A stretch of 64,000 bases of DNA, from assembly GCF_028641065.1 (NCBI RefSeq), contig NC_073401.1, positions 20,522,001-20,586,000 on the forward strand, read 5' to 3'. This stretch comes from Leucoraja erinacea (Eukaryota). Under the pieces are notes generated by a model. It worked only from the letters and a program-made list of their open reading frames with translations. It did no database searches and was not told the origin of the DNA. Made by a program: the position numbers and the translations under genes. Below are positions 38,541 through 51,366 of the stretch, in pieces. Numbering within the stretch: the stretch's first letter is position 1; each line of letters starts with the position of its first letter.

Positions 38541-39498
38541 TTGATGCTGAATGTGGATTTGACAACTGGCGCCGAGCACAACCGATCTTTAACATGCATT
38601 GCAGGAGTCGTCATTGCAGTCCGTAAGAAATGGATGTATGTTTTTAAATTGTTCCTGTATAGTGACTATCAGCATTTATTTCATCTTCACTCAATTACCT
38701 CTGAATTGAGGCAGTTAAAGAATCCATTGAACCATAAAGAACCATTGAACCACTGAACACTTTTTTGGATCAAAGGCCCAACTTGCTATGCACGGTAAAT
38801 ATTGTTAAGATTAGTGCACCATAAAACAGTGTAGCACAAGAACAAAACCTTCTGCCCACAATGTCCGTGTTGAACATATGCCTAGTTAAAAACAAATCTA
38901 CAGTCTGCACATGATCCACATCCCTCCATACCCATCTAAAAGCCTCAAACCACAATCATATCTGCCTCCAAACAGCTGGTTTCAGTACCCACCACTCAGT
39001 GTAACAAACTTGCCTGCACATTTTTCAAACATTGGCCCTCTCAGCCTAAAGCTATGCTCTCTAGTCTGACATTCCCATCCCGAGAAAAAGATTAACAGCC
39101 TACCGACAAATACTTCAATTTTACATACTTCTCTCCGGTCTCTCCTCAATTTCTGATGCACCAGATCAGTTGTTGCAGAATAGCTTCACCAGCACCAGAG
39201 CTTCAGCTCAAAATGGTACGAATTACTTGAATTTAAATAACCTGCCACTTTAGTCAAATTCAAACTCGTCTGGGTCAAAGGTACAGGATTCTGGATTAGT
39301 AGCCAATAGTAATTACTACTTTCCCCACCTTCCTCAGTGGACAGGCAAGTTGTCATATATCACAATAAAACTGAACCAATATTAGCCTTCCTGCCAAGTC
39401 ATAAGCTTCCATCAGCATCGGGGGAAAAAGCCAAATTTGCCGACAATACGATTGATTTTAACAATTGAAAGATTTGTCAAATGCAAATTGAACATTAC

Positions 39499-39681
39499 CT
39501 TGTCTTATCATGGCCAGGTGTTGTAGAGGTGTTCCAGATGCCTGAATCTGTACTGCAGAGATTGCAGCTCGAGGGTTCAACAAAGGGAGTCCACTTGCTG
39601 GAAGAGGATAGAAAGTCTGCCCAAGGAGAGTTGGAGGGAGGGTCTGCAAATGTGACAGATCCATGCCTGACTGAAACATAC
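39499..39681 (-). CDS. EIF4ENIF1: EIF4ENIF1 exon
   Basis: (G)MFQSGMDLSHLQ...FYPLPASGLPLLNPR...HLAMIRQ; phase 1-1; 183 nt. Confidence 0.9.
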
Positions 39682-41205
39682 CTGCCACAGAGACAAATAG
39701 TTTATAGACTGTATATTTCTGAGCCGTTTGCAGTCCTTGTATAGAGCACGATATACCGGAAACAAGGGTCTTTTCATAATGTTTTACAAAAGCGGAAATA
39801 ATAAGCAGCATTCTGAAGGTTAGTCCTTTATATGTTGACTGATCATTCACCACCTTAAAAAGTACAGTTTTGGATTAATGGACAAATTAAAATGCAATTT
39901 TTAAAAAAAGTTTTTAAAAACTGATCTTCCACACTCCAAAGTAGTCAAACCAATCCCCAAATAGCAAGGAACCCTGAAAATTCTGAGAGGGCCAGTTCTG
40001 AGAATTACAGCACAAAATTTAAGAACAGAAAACAGTAGCAACTCATGCACCAAGGATCAACATGCTCTGCAGTCGTGCTCAGCTTCTTATTTCTGTATGC
40101 TAGTGTGACTTTTCCCCCCACCTTTGAGAGACACCTCCTAGCTTGTGGTCAGATGTCATGCTGTCAGCTTTGATGCTGTGACAGCATTCCCCCAAGTCAG
40201 AAATCAATGGCTTTGCTTCTGAAGTGAGAGCAAAATCTTGATTGGCAGTTCCATACCGTATTGCGGAAAAGCAGTGCTGTTGGAAGCCCCAGCATAATAC
40301 AATTATTTGGTAACTGCACAACATGTTCAGAGGTTGTGAAAGGTACACAAGAGCAATCTTTTTGAAATGCATCCTTACTCAAATTCTGACAGTTACGTAG
40401 TTAGACATCTTATCCTGTGACATGCAATGTCAAACTGCAGACAAAACTACACAACTGTACTGACACAGTAAATTTGGCCAAGTCATTAACTTTTCTAAAA
40501 GAGGTAGAAAGCAAAGTTGTGTGCAAAGTTTTTTCATAATCTTAAATGAAGTTAGTACAAAGTCCATTCCAGCTGCATCCTACAGCTATTCACCAAACTA
40601 TGTACTTCTAAAGAACCTGATAGAAAGAGCCAGTGGCAAGGTACTGGTTAGATTTTAATTGTAGCAAAGCACAAACATGCTTGCACTTAGAGCGCCCCAG
40701 CTACAAGACTAAATTAAAATGCAGCTTCCGACTACATGGATTTTCTTGGGCACAATGGTTTCCTCCCACATTTCAAAATATGTGCTGGTAAATTGTTAAC
40801 TGGAAATTGCCTCTGCTGCAGGAAAATCGGGGTTGAGTTGATGGGCAGAAAAAAGGATAGCATGCAAACAAAAACTTATTACTGTACTTCACTACAGATG
40901 ATAAACTAAACAGAGATTCTGCCCGACCTGCTGAGTTACTCCAGCACTGTCTTTTGATGGAGTTAGGAAGGGTTCACCTTCTGGTTTACATTTGGGTCAA
41001 TCGGATGACTTCCTTTTAGATTCATAGAAAGTATTTACTTCAACACATAACAGGTACAGAGCCAACCTGCTTCCATCAGAAACCAATTCAAGATCATTTA
41101 AAAAAAAATCTCCATCTTTGGTAAGGATGAAAGGAAAAGACAAAGTACTCCCTCTTAAACTTAAAACTATAGCCATGTTCCCGGGTTAAAGTGCTCTGCA
41201 CTCAC

Positions 41206-41553
41206 CTGCATGAAGCAATGCTGGTTGTAGCTGCTGAGGTGTAATGCCTTGTGCCAGCATCCTCTGAACTACCCCTGGAGGCAAGTGAGGGGGCGACTGA
41301 CGCACAAGGGGTACATGTGACACAAGGGATAGAGGACAAATAGGTCGAGGAAAGGAAGACCCGGGAACAGGAGAGGCCCCCGAGGGAGTTTTCCTTCCTG
41401 TGGACCTGGGTCTATAGTCTTGGTCTTTAGTGAATCGCATCTGGTTTAACTGAGGAGTTGTACATGCAGATCTATGATATGTTGACCTTGTCCCTCCAAT
41501 GGGAGATGTCCCTCTGTTTGAGTTTTCCTGTTGAGAACCTGGTGACAAATGGC
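41206..41553 (-). CDS. EIF4ENIF1: EIF4ENIF1 exon
   Basis: ...FTKDQDYRPRSTGRKTP...PGVVQRMLAQGITPQQL...LLHA; phase 1-1; 348 nt. Confidence 0.92.
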
Positions 41554-41854
41554 CTGCAAATGCAAAGATGAAGTTTACAATTTAACATTGCAGATATTTC
41601 TTTGGGTTTCTACATTATACATGACCAAGTCACAGAACAGTTACAGCATGGAAGCTGCCTACTCAGTCCATAAGGCACCCAGCAAATTCTTTACTCTGGA
41701 CACCAATCCGTTTGACCATCAGTATTGAATCAATTTCCACAACATACTTGGCACTGTGTTCCACATCTTGAGTACGGGTATACAGAAACGTTCAATGTCA
41801 ATTTTGGTTCATGTGCCTTGTGCCAATAGAAATAGTTTATTCATCTACTATCTA

Positions 41855-42234
41855 CAGTGCCCTCCATAATGTTTGGGACAAAGAACCATAATTTATTTAT
41901 TTGTCTCTACTCCACAATTTGTGATTTGTAATAGAATTTTTTTTAATTTATTTTTTAAATCACATGTGGTTAAAGTGCACATTGTCAGATTTTAATAAAA
42001 GCTATTTTTATACATTTTGGTTTCACCATGTAGAAATCACAGCAGTATTTATACATGGCACCATAATGTTTGGGACAGCAATATCATGTGAAAATATATA
42101 AAAATGACCTTTATTAAAATCTGACAATGTGCACTTTAACCACATGCGATTTTTTTTCTATTGCAAATCTTAAATTATGGAGGCGCAAATAAATAAATTA
42201 TGAGTCTTTGTCCCAAATATTATGGAGGGCACTG
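41855..42234. mobile_element. Tc1-family MITE with long TIRs
   Basis: TA|CAGTGCCCTCCATAATGTTTGGGACAAAGA ... TCTTTGTCCCAAATATTATGGAGGGCACTG|TG; arms stay complementary for well over 100 bp; inner repeat CCATAATGTTTGGGACA. Confidence 0.9.
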
Positions 42235-42916
42235 TGCATGGATCTTTGAGTGGAAGTCCAGAGCACTCTGAAAGCCTCAACAAAAGAGTATAGGGTAGTA
42301 AAGGGGCATATGGCATGTGTGCTGGTGGTCATGGAATAGAGTACAAAAATCAGAAAGTCATGCTGCATAAAACTTTAGTTAGGTCACATTTGCAACATTG
42401 TGTACCGTTCCAGTTGCTGCATACAGAAAAAATGTGGAGGATTTGGGAGAGGGTGCAGAGGTTCACCAGGACGTTGCCTTGAATGGAGTGTACTATCTAC
42501 AAGAGGTTGGACAAACATGGATATTTTTGCTGCAGCGTTGGAGGCAGGGGGACAACCTGAGAATTATACAAAAATAATGAGACAGTCACACCTTCATCTG
42601 CTGCCCATCTCCCATTTCACCAACTCGAATCTACATCTCCATGAAATTCATTCAAAATCCTCAATTATAGTTTTGCTTAGATACGAAATGTTTTCCCAAA
42701 TGCAATGCAACACAAGTGAAGCAATGTTAGTATGTAGTGACTTTGGCAGCGTAAAGATTACGCTCTAGAAGACACTTGCAAGCAACCTAATAACGTGCAT
42801 CAGAAAGTACACTAACTGGAGTTTCCACTTCTTCAGTTTGCTTTCTGGAAATTGTGGTTAGGACAAAGATTATCATAAAATTAATTGATAATGGCAAATA
42901 ATCATGCCAACTATAC

Positions 42917-43043
42917 CTTCAATGAGGCCATGTCCATCCTCCACAAAGTCTTTCACTGGATGGCTCTCTTTCCCATCTTTAGACTTATCCTTGCTTTCAA
43001 ACATCTTTCGAATGACTGAGGTAGGAGTGAACGATGGAGAAAG
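42917..43043 (-). CDS. EIF4ENIF1: EIF4ENIF1 exon
   Basis: LSPSFTPTSVIRKMFESKDKSK...; aag acceptor, GTATAG donor; 127 nt. Confidence 0.9.
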
Positions 43044-43771
43044 CTTCATGTGTGGAAAGAGGAAAAACATGGAGAATTACTACCTGGAAATATTTGGCTG
43101 CAGGAAATCACCAGGCCAGGCAACATCTGTGGACAGAGAGCACTTTGAGTTTGTACTCTTTCAGAGTTGAAGGGCTGTGACCCAAAAATGCCATTTGTCC
43201 ATTTCCTTCTATGGATATTGCCATACATTTGTTACTGTTCATCTTGTACGTGCCATAAACTGACACTCTTTCCTGGCCTCCATCACCAAACATTAACGTA
43301 GTCTCGGTTATAACCACGTCAGACTCTCAATCCAAGTTTCTCTGGTTTGGTCCAAATTCTTTGGCTTCGTCATAGAGTCAGAGAGATACAGTGTGGGAAA
43401 CAGGACCTTCGGCCTAACTTGTCCACACTGGCCAACATGTCCCAGGTACACTAGTCCCACTTGCCCGAGTTTGGTCCACATCCCTCCAAACCCGTCCTAT
43501 CCATGTACCTGTCTAACTGTTTCTTAAACGTTGGGATAGTCAGGGTAGATGTTGCATTTGATGCACTTCATTTGACAGCGAATGCTGGAAGCAGTGGAAA
43601 AGTCCGCTGCGCTCATTTGGCAAAAATATTGCCACGGTCAGACATCCAACTTTTGTGCACTAATGTTCTGCATGGGATTTTAACTCAAATTTGACAAAAG
43701 CAATACAGTTTTTGTCTGTCTGCCATCTTAGAAAATAATTCAGTGGACTTTCCACACTCCCCGCCCCCTTC

Positions 43772-43992
43772 CGGCACAGTGGTAGAGTTGCTGCCCACAG
43801 CACCAGAGTCCTGGGTTCAATCCCGACTACGGATGCTGTTTGTATGGAGTTTGCACGCTCTCTCTGACCACATGGGTTTCCTACGAGTGCTCCGGTTTCC
43901 TCCCACATTCCAAAGATGTGCAGGTTTGTAGCTAGTTGGCATAGACATGGTGCGCCGAAGGGCTTATTTCCACCCTGTATCTCTACAATAAA
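43772..43992 (+). mobile_element. tRNA-derived SINE (HE1/V-SINE-like)
   Basis: A-box cagtggtagag, B-box gggttcaatcc, core ctccggtttcctcccacattccaaaga, CR1-like tail ccgaagggc...ctgtatctct. Confidence 0.85.
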
Positions 43993-44083
43993 CAGTTCTC
44001 ATTTTTCTGATCTAGTTCATCCATCGATGCACTTCCATCCATTCCTGAATTACACTTTGAAGAGACGATGATAAAACGCTTAC

Positions 44084-44171
44084 CATATTTGTAAACGAGG
44101 AGGCCTGTGACGGTGATGCTGCATTCAACCGGTGCTGACTGGCTGGTCCAGGTGACCTAATTCGCTGCTGC
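44084..44171 (-). CDS. EIF4ENIF1: EIF4ENIF1 exon
   Basis: (R)QQRIRSPGPASQHRLNAASPSQASSFTNM; phase 2-0; 88 nt. Confidence 0.87.
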
Positions 44172-44750
44172 CTAAAACAGAGAGATTATTAGAGAACTTG
44201 GAATAGGTCAGGAATACATAAAGTAGATCAAGTAGATCACTGAATTATAGAACATAGGATTGAAACGTGCATCGTGTTCAAAGTTACCAATTACATCGCA
44301 CTGCTCCTTCCAAAGCTCTGCAAAAATTTCCTTCAATTTTGTTACCTTCAGAAATTTCTATAGATTTCCCAGAGTTGTAAACAACATACAAAAAAACCCA
44401 TTTAGCAAAATCTTCAAGTTAACTGTACATTTACTGTAAATAAAAACAGGGCTGGAGTAACTCAGCGGGCAAGCATCATCCCAGACCTGCTGTTACTCCA
44501 GTACTGTCTTTTGTAAACCAACATCAGCAGGTCCTCGTTTCTACATTTATTGTAAATACCGCAGCTTTAAAATCCACATATTAAAAGGTCTTCATATTTA
44601 AATTGTACAAATTCTGAGTTGGCAAATCACAATAAAGTTGCAGGGCTTTCCAGCATCTGCAGTTCCCTCTTAAACACAATAAAGTTGCAATTGTGCAATT
44701 TATAGATTTTTCTCTATTTCTTCAGCACAGCTGCATTCTAACATCCATAC

Positions 44751-44899
44751 CTGACACTATAGCCACCCCTGTTGTGTTCATGATGTATTTTCCCATATCC
44801 AGGTTGATAAACATCTCCGCCAGGCATGTGTAGGTCTTGGGCAAAGGGAAGACGTTCCATGGTTCCGTGTCGCATATCCAGTTGAGGTGGACTATTAGC
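44751..44899 (-). CDS. EIF4ENIF1: EIF4ENIF1 exon
   Basis: ANSPPQLDMRHGTMERLPFAQDLHMPGGDVYQPGYGK...YSV(R); YQPGxGK motif recalled from human; phase 0-2 fits the neighbouring exons. Confidence 0.8.
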
Positions 44900-45917
44900 C
44901 TATTATTAGGGACAGAATCAGTAGTAGCTGTTGACTCACAACAATTTGTACCCGTTGTGACTTTACCCATTTATCAAATTATTTCCACTTAAAGTCTGTA
45001 TATCCTTCACAACCTGCACTGCTTTCTGTCGAAGGTTTAAATGTATTACCTTGTTATCCAATAAAATGAATGGAGGGGAGCAATCCATGCGACTTTACAG
45101 TCCTGCAGCCCTTCATCGCATCAAATCCACACCAATCAAGCACTACCTATACTAATCCCATTTTATTCTCCCCACCTCCCATCCACTTCCTCCAGATTCT
45201 ATGACTGAAGTAAACAGAGAGCAAATTGGAAAAGGGCCAATTAACTTGTCAATATGCAAAAACATTACAATGTGGGCAGAAACTTGAGCATCCAAGAAAA
45301 CAAAATACAGTCACAAGAGAACATGCAAAGATCACGGCAGATTGGATTGAACCCAGATCACTGGAACAGAGGCAACAGTTCTACAAGCTGAGGCTCAACT
45401 ACACAACTACACAAAAGAGACTGCAAGTGTCTAACCTTTGACAATGATATGGATTTTGAGTGCCTGATGTGTTGACTGTTGCTCATCCCAGCAAGAGTTC
45501 TCAAGCTGAAAATTAATCTTTCGCGCTTACTACTCTGTACCCGTTAACCAATCCTCAATCGACACCAGATGGACATAAAATGCTGGAGTAACTCAGCGGG
45601 ACAGGAAGCATCTCTGGTCAAAATGCAAAGTGAAGCAACAGGACTCGTTTCTCAGTTAGCTTGTTAGTAACTTGTTGCCCAATGTCTAATCTTTGTCACA
45701 ACTTTTGTCCTTAAGTGGTTCAACTAGTACTTGGAATTAGTCTAAAACTTTTCATCCAGAAGTCACAATTAATACAAAAAAATGACAAACTTCATTTTGT
45801 TCCAGAATCAAATTACAAACGAGAAAATACTTCACAAACATCTACCATATTCCAGCAATATATTGAACAATTGAAAACAAGAAGTAATTTTATTTTTGAC
45901 ACAAGATTTCAACCTAC

Positions 45918-45997
45918 CCGTGTAATAGGAGACACATTTTTGGACAATGGCAGTCCTTGGTAGTGATCTTGAATGTGGGTAGAATTTTGGGCATAAC
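45918..45997 (-). CDS. EIF4ENIF1: EIF4ENIF1 exon
   Basis: (G)YAQNSTHIQDHYQGLPLSKNVSPITR; 80 nt, phase 1-0; restores frame between neighbours; SPIT motif. Confidence 0.8.
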
Positions 45998-46636
45998 CTA
46001 CAGAGAGAATAATGGGACAAGTTTACCTGGCTGACAGAGGGAAGCTGTAGTGCAAAAAATCTTTACCACAACAACTGAAAATAACTTGTAGATAAAAACT
46101 TTTTATCCGTATCTATAAAATGCCTTCAGGCAGCCAAACCACTTTCCAATGAGCAATAGGCATAGATGCCTACAGCTTTCTTCTGTCAGAGCACATTGCT
46201 TTTTTGGCAAACTTCACTCCACTTCATATTTGTGCTAAATGATTGACAAATTATGCTCATTTCCAGGCTTGGTTTGCCACCACATCATAACAATTACAAG
46301 TGCTTTTAAAAAAAAAAATCACTGAAGTGACTACTTCTCACCTATCAGCAGGTACCTTTAAAAATAAAACTTTTTATTTTATTTAATTGTAGATGTGCTG
46401 ATTAGAACAGCAGGCAAGTCTTGTTAATTAATTTAAATGCAGCAAATGGGAAGTGATAAGCAATAATAGTAGATTTGGGGAATTTGTATGCTCGAATGGA
46501 TATATAAAAGTTAAATAAAGCCTACCAAGATTCAGAATACTACTAAAAGGACCTTGTCTATCAGATTGTCATTTTAGTTATGCTGAAGCACAAGCGAGAT
46601 TCAACCAATCTTACCAGAGACAGATTTTATGCTCAC

Positions 46637-46808
46637 CAATTGGAGACTTGACTCTGAAGAACTCGGATGGAGAAGGCTGCTGGAACGTTGGTATGGGGGA
46701 TGAATGGCCTTGCTGATTTATGACTGATATATGATGATTCTGGCTGCCAAGCAGGTCACCTAGAATATCTGGGGATGGAGGCCCCATTACAGGGGGTGGT
46801 AGGATTTC
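46637..46808 (-). CDS. EIF4ENIF1: EIF4ENIF1 exon
   Basis: EILPPPVMGPPSPDILG...SEFFRVKSPI(G); phase 0-1; 172 nt. Confidence 0.85.
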
Positions 46809-48800
46809 CTGTACAAAAATGCACAATTTGAACCAAGCAGTTACATCACAAAATGCTTAAAATTAAGCCAAGGCCACAGAAAACAAACATTGAAGCTTCC
46901 AAAAGTGAAGAACCAACTTTGGAAGTCAGATCCCAAAAATGTTGTAGCCACAGTGAAAGTTGAGAATTGTTATAACCCAGGCCAAACATACATGCATGTA
47001 ACTTCCCAAATTTAAGGCAAAGGTTTAGCATTCTGGGCAAAGTTAAAACATGATCGAACTTGGTAGTCAAATTGATTTAAAAACCCATTGAAGTACTGCA
47101 AAAAAAAAAAAAAAAAAAAAAAATCAGCAAATTGCTCAGTGGTGCCATGCATTACAAGTGTGAAGAACAAATTCACTTGCCCTTCCACACACCGTTACCA
47201 CTGATGATACCAGTCAGACATCATCCTGCTTTTGGATATACAACTGTATTTTATCATCAATGAATCATTCTCCTCTCAGCCTACCCCAGCTCAATATTAA
47301 GTACTTTGAATACCATGGTTCAAAGTATATTCTGGTCAGATTGCCATTAGCTGCCATAACCTAGGAAACAGTGTAGGAAAGAACTACAGATGTTGGTTTA
47401 AATCGAAGGTAGACACAAAATGCTGGACCAGAAACATCACATATTCCTTCTCTCCAGAGATGCAGCCCGTCTTACTTCAGCATTTTGGGTCTACCTAGGA
47501 AGCAAAGCAAGGACAGTCAGAACTCAATATGCTGCCCTTCCACCTCACCAAGAAACCAGATTAATGTTAAAAGGTCTCATGGAAAATGAATACAAAAAAT
47601 GCATAAAGTAAAATCACAATTGATACAACCCAATAGAAGAGGCTCTAAGTATGCACCGAGCAAAAAAAGTCAAAGGAATATTCAACATTGTCCAATTCGG
47701 TTGGCAAATACTCCTACGATTTCAAATGCAATTCTTGCAAGTGTTGGATTCAATGAAATTTAAAAAATTGCCCTCTATGATCAAGACATTAGTTGCACTA
47801 GTCATGATATGCATTAGCAAGTGAGACAAGTTCCACTTTGGAACAATTAATTCTCAATGTGCACTGATTGTATTGGAATTTATGCAGTCCTATTGTCCGA
47901 TATGTGGAAGACAGATACTAAAGAGGGGCACCTACAGGCAGGATCTGAAGCAATTAGGAGAGAAAACTCGAATGTGTTTGGTTTAAAGGAACGCGATGTT
48001 AAAGGTTTACAAAGTCTTAAGCAAATTCATTGAACACTTATGAAATGTCTTTCTAGAGGACATATTTATAGCATGGCAGCGACTATTAGTCATACAGCAT
48101 GAAAGTCTTCAGACCATGCTGTCCATGCCAACTTTCAATCCATTCTATTTTATTTTTTTAAATCATTCCCATCCACCTCATTTACATTATAGGGTCAAGT
48201 AACCACAGCCAATTAAACTAGCACCCACACATCTTTGGGTACAGAGCAAAAACATTAAGGTCACTTATCCAAATTACGTATAAAATAAAGCTACAATTGT
48301 CCCCAACCGTGCAGGGAACAACTAGCAAGAGCAAATTAATAGTAAGCTTTCCGAAGAAATTCACATCTTGAATGAATACATCAGGTGGGCCATAGGAAAA
48401 CTGCTTCTGTGTAATTTGTTTTCAAAAGTTTCCAAATGAAAAGATTGCATTTCCTGTTGGGTTACTTATGCTCTAGTTAAAAGGATAGATAAGAATGCGT
48501 TTGATTAATACATTACATAATGTTGCTCAATTTTTCCAACACAAAGCAAGCATCAGATCAAATACCAAACAAGACCTGTGAGAATGCCAGGTTATGAGAC
48601 AGACAGGAACTTAATTTAAAAGAGATGACCTAGCCCAAAGTCAGGGCTTGCACATTTTTGGACATTAAACTTTTACATCAATTTACAATAAGTTATTAGT
48701 CATTATGCCCATCACTAAGCACTAACTAGAAAATACACAAACCATTATGAAGACAGTGCTCAAGTCTACGACTTGAATCAGCAGTCAAATTTCTACTTAC

Positions 48801-49036
48801 AGTGGGTTTTGACTGTGAAGGCAAGGTTCCACTTGCCTTCATACTGTTAACTAGTTTATTGAAAGCAGTCATATCAGTGTCTTTTTTTTGTATGTGTTTA
48901 GGACCAGATGATGCAGTTAAAGTCTGTTCCAGATGTTCCACCATGAAAGGGGTGGCAAGTTTTCTCTCGGATTCCATTTTGAGACCTTTCAGTTCTGCTT
49001 CCACCTCTTCGACAGACAAAACCACTCCAGTCTGAG
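48801..49036 (-). CDS. EIF4ENIF1: EIF4ENIF1 exon
   Basis: (S)QTGVVLSVEEVEAELKGLK...DMTAFNKLVNSMKASGTLPSQSKPT|GTAAGT; 236 nt. Confidence 0.93.
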
Positions 49037-49740
49037 CTGCAAAGCAGAGAACAAAATATGTTTATACTGTATCTGGAAACAACCCATTAATAATTGTAGC
49101 AATTTAGACAATCCAGTTACAAACTGGGCAATTGATGCACTTTTTGATGTTCTAACTCAAAGAACTTCAAACATGCACTGATTTTTTGTGATATGCTTGT
49201 TTATATGACTAAAATGTGGATATATCAATAAGAGCTTTACGATAAATGAAACATTTTGGTTGGTGAAATGTAGATAGCTACTTGAAACAGTTGTGGGTGC
49301 AGGTAAAACCGGAACAAACACCTTTAAGTGTTATTAAATCCCTTTGACAGTAGCTTCATTATTACTGATACTGCCGACTGACAAGCACTAAATTAACTAT
49401 ATGTATCCATGTACAAGACGCTCATGCAATCAAAGAGATGATAACATGGCTAATAGCTACTTACAAACCAGAGTCAGTCAGATAGTATGAAAACAGACCC
49501 TTTAGCCTTGTGGCTTGTACCGACCTTCAAACACAAAATTTGTATCCTACCCACATTTCCATCAACTCATATTCTCCAATTTGCCTACATACTAGGGTAG
49601 TTTAGAGTGGCTAATTAACCTGCCAAATTTATAAACTACCAAACTGCATGAAGAGTAGTTACTGAAAAAAACAAAAAACTTCAAGACGGCATTAAATAAC
49701 ATAATTCAGTTCAGTGAATATGTAGAAATAAGATACATAC

Positions 49741-49929
49741 AACTCTCCTTTAGTTTCTCCTTGTTGGCGGTGAGACTGGACAGCAGTGGTTTCACGTCCA
49801 CATTTGCTTTCCGCAGTATTTCTAAAATATCAACCTTTTTATTAATCTCCTTATTATCGTCTCGTGATTGAATGGGAGCAAAATAGTTTCCAAGCTGCGT
49901 AACAGGAGTTGGGATCCTCTGCTCCAAAC
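49741..49929 (-). CDS. EIF4ENIF1: EIF4ENIF1 exon
   Basis: (G)LEQRIP...GNYFAPI...KVDILEILRKANVDVKPLLSSLTANKEKLKES; 189 nt. Confidence 0.93.
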
Positions 49930-50254
49930 CTGAGCCCAAAAACATGTTAGGTTTAGTAAACATATTCAGAACTTCAACATTAACAGCTTAAAATACAAGT
50001 TAGTTTGCTCAATACTATTTGGAGGTACTGCATTGTCAGGTTGAGATAGTCAAGTGTTGGCGTGTGTAGGAGCAAGTTACCCATAAGCACCATTTCTAAA
50101 CACCAATATTTGTGCAGTCAGGATCAAGCACTACGATCCAGACATCTACAGATAGATGCAGCTTACCATAAGGAAGCCATGCTAATCTATACCACTTTTG
50201 TTATGCAATTTGCTGTTGTGCCAAGACATTCTCCCACTATGTAGTTATGAATAT

Positions 50255-50467
50255 GTAGGAAGGAACTACAGATGCTAGTTTAAACCGAAGAGAGACATAA
50301 AAAGCAGGAGTAACTCAGCAGGACGGGCAGCATCTCTGGAGAGAAGGAATGGGTGACGTTTTGAGTCGTTTTGGTCTGAAACGTCACCCATTCCTTCTCT
50401 CCAGAGATGCTGCCTGTCGTACTGAGTTATTCCAGCTTTTTGTGTGTATCTTCAGTTTAAACCAGCA
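50255..50467. mobile_element. Palindromic Penelope-derived non-autonomous element
   Basis: About 90-bp inverted arms related to the terminus of the Penelope element at 27.0-27.15 kb. Related copies at about 13008, 15798, 31625, 32095, 34050, 34634 and 50730. Confidence 0.8.
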
Positions 50468-51227
50468 AGGGGGAAAGTCTCTTCTGACACAAGGTTGCAG
50501 ACACAGCATTGACTCTCTCTGTGGATCCTGCTGGACCTACTGAGCCTTTCCTGCAATTTGTTGGTTTTGGATTTCCAATTTGTTCTCTTTTTTAAAAATG
50601 TTAACATTAATTTATGAGATGCCTTTTCACAAGCTAAACCAAAGCATTTGCAATACTAGTTATTAGTATTTTTGACTGTTGGCTCATTAGAACTGGGTTA
50701 CTGGATTTATGCCACAGAATTCACAAGTACATAGACACAAAAAGATGGAGTAACTCAGTGGGACTGGCAGCATCTCTGGCGAGTAATGGGTGACTTTTGG
50801 GTCGAGATCCTTCTTCAGATGACGAAAGGTCTCGATCCAAAACGTCACCCATTCCCCTCCTCCATAGCTCTGCCCCTCGAATCTTAGCAATATCCTCAAT
50901 ACTCTAATTATATTTCAAGTAATGGGCCTATTTGCTTTGGCTTTGTTACTCAGTTTTAGGCTACTCAAAAGCATTACTCGAATTTCACTCTACTTCATGC
51001 ATTACCCCAAATTCTATGCTGAAACGTGTGCTGCTTATTCCAATATCATTGATTAAATTTAAATTGATGTTTTACAGTTCTATATTATCCAAGATTTAAA
51101 AATAAATCTCAGCTCTATCCTCCAAAGGAATTCATTGTTGAACTGTGTTATTGGAAGAAAACAATCATATTTGCATCGTTTAATATGGAGAGCAAACTAA
51201 AACACATCCACAAAAAAAGACACTTGC

Positions 51228-51366
51228 CAGCAAGTCTCTCGAGTTCTTCATGTGGAGTAGATCGCAGGCTACTTGAACGACTACCTGGTCTACTCAAGTT
51301 ACTCGAGAACCATTGACTGAACCGGCTGGATGACACAGATCCTTCACCAAGCACTTCTTCAATCAT
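51228..51366 (-). CDS. EIF4ENIF1: EIF4ENIF1 exon (ends at a GC donor)
   Basis: MIEEVLGEGSVSSSRFSQWFS...STPHEELERLA(G)|GCAAGT; 139 nt. Confidence 0.92.

Noticed and set aside
43772-43835. tRNA-like A and B boxes
   Set aside because: Head of a SINE, with no complete cloverleaf.
46027-46074. AG/GT-bounded 18-48 nt block as the missing EIF4ENIF1 exon
   Set aside because: Wrong phase; the 80-nt exon at 45918-45997 fits both frame and homology.
48786-48800. Intron read-through translates VSRNL, matching human 4E-T
   Set aside because: VS is just the GTAAGT donor; the frame then reaches a stop with no phase-0 donor. Most likely coincidence.
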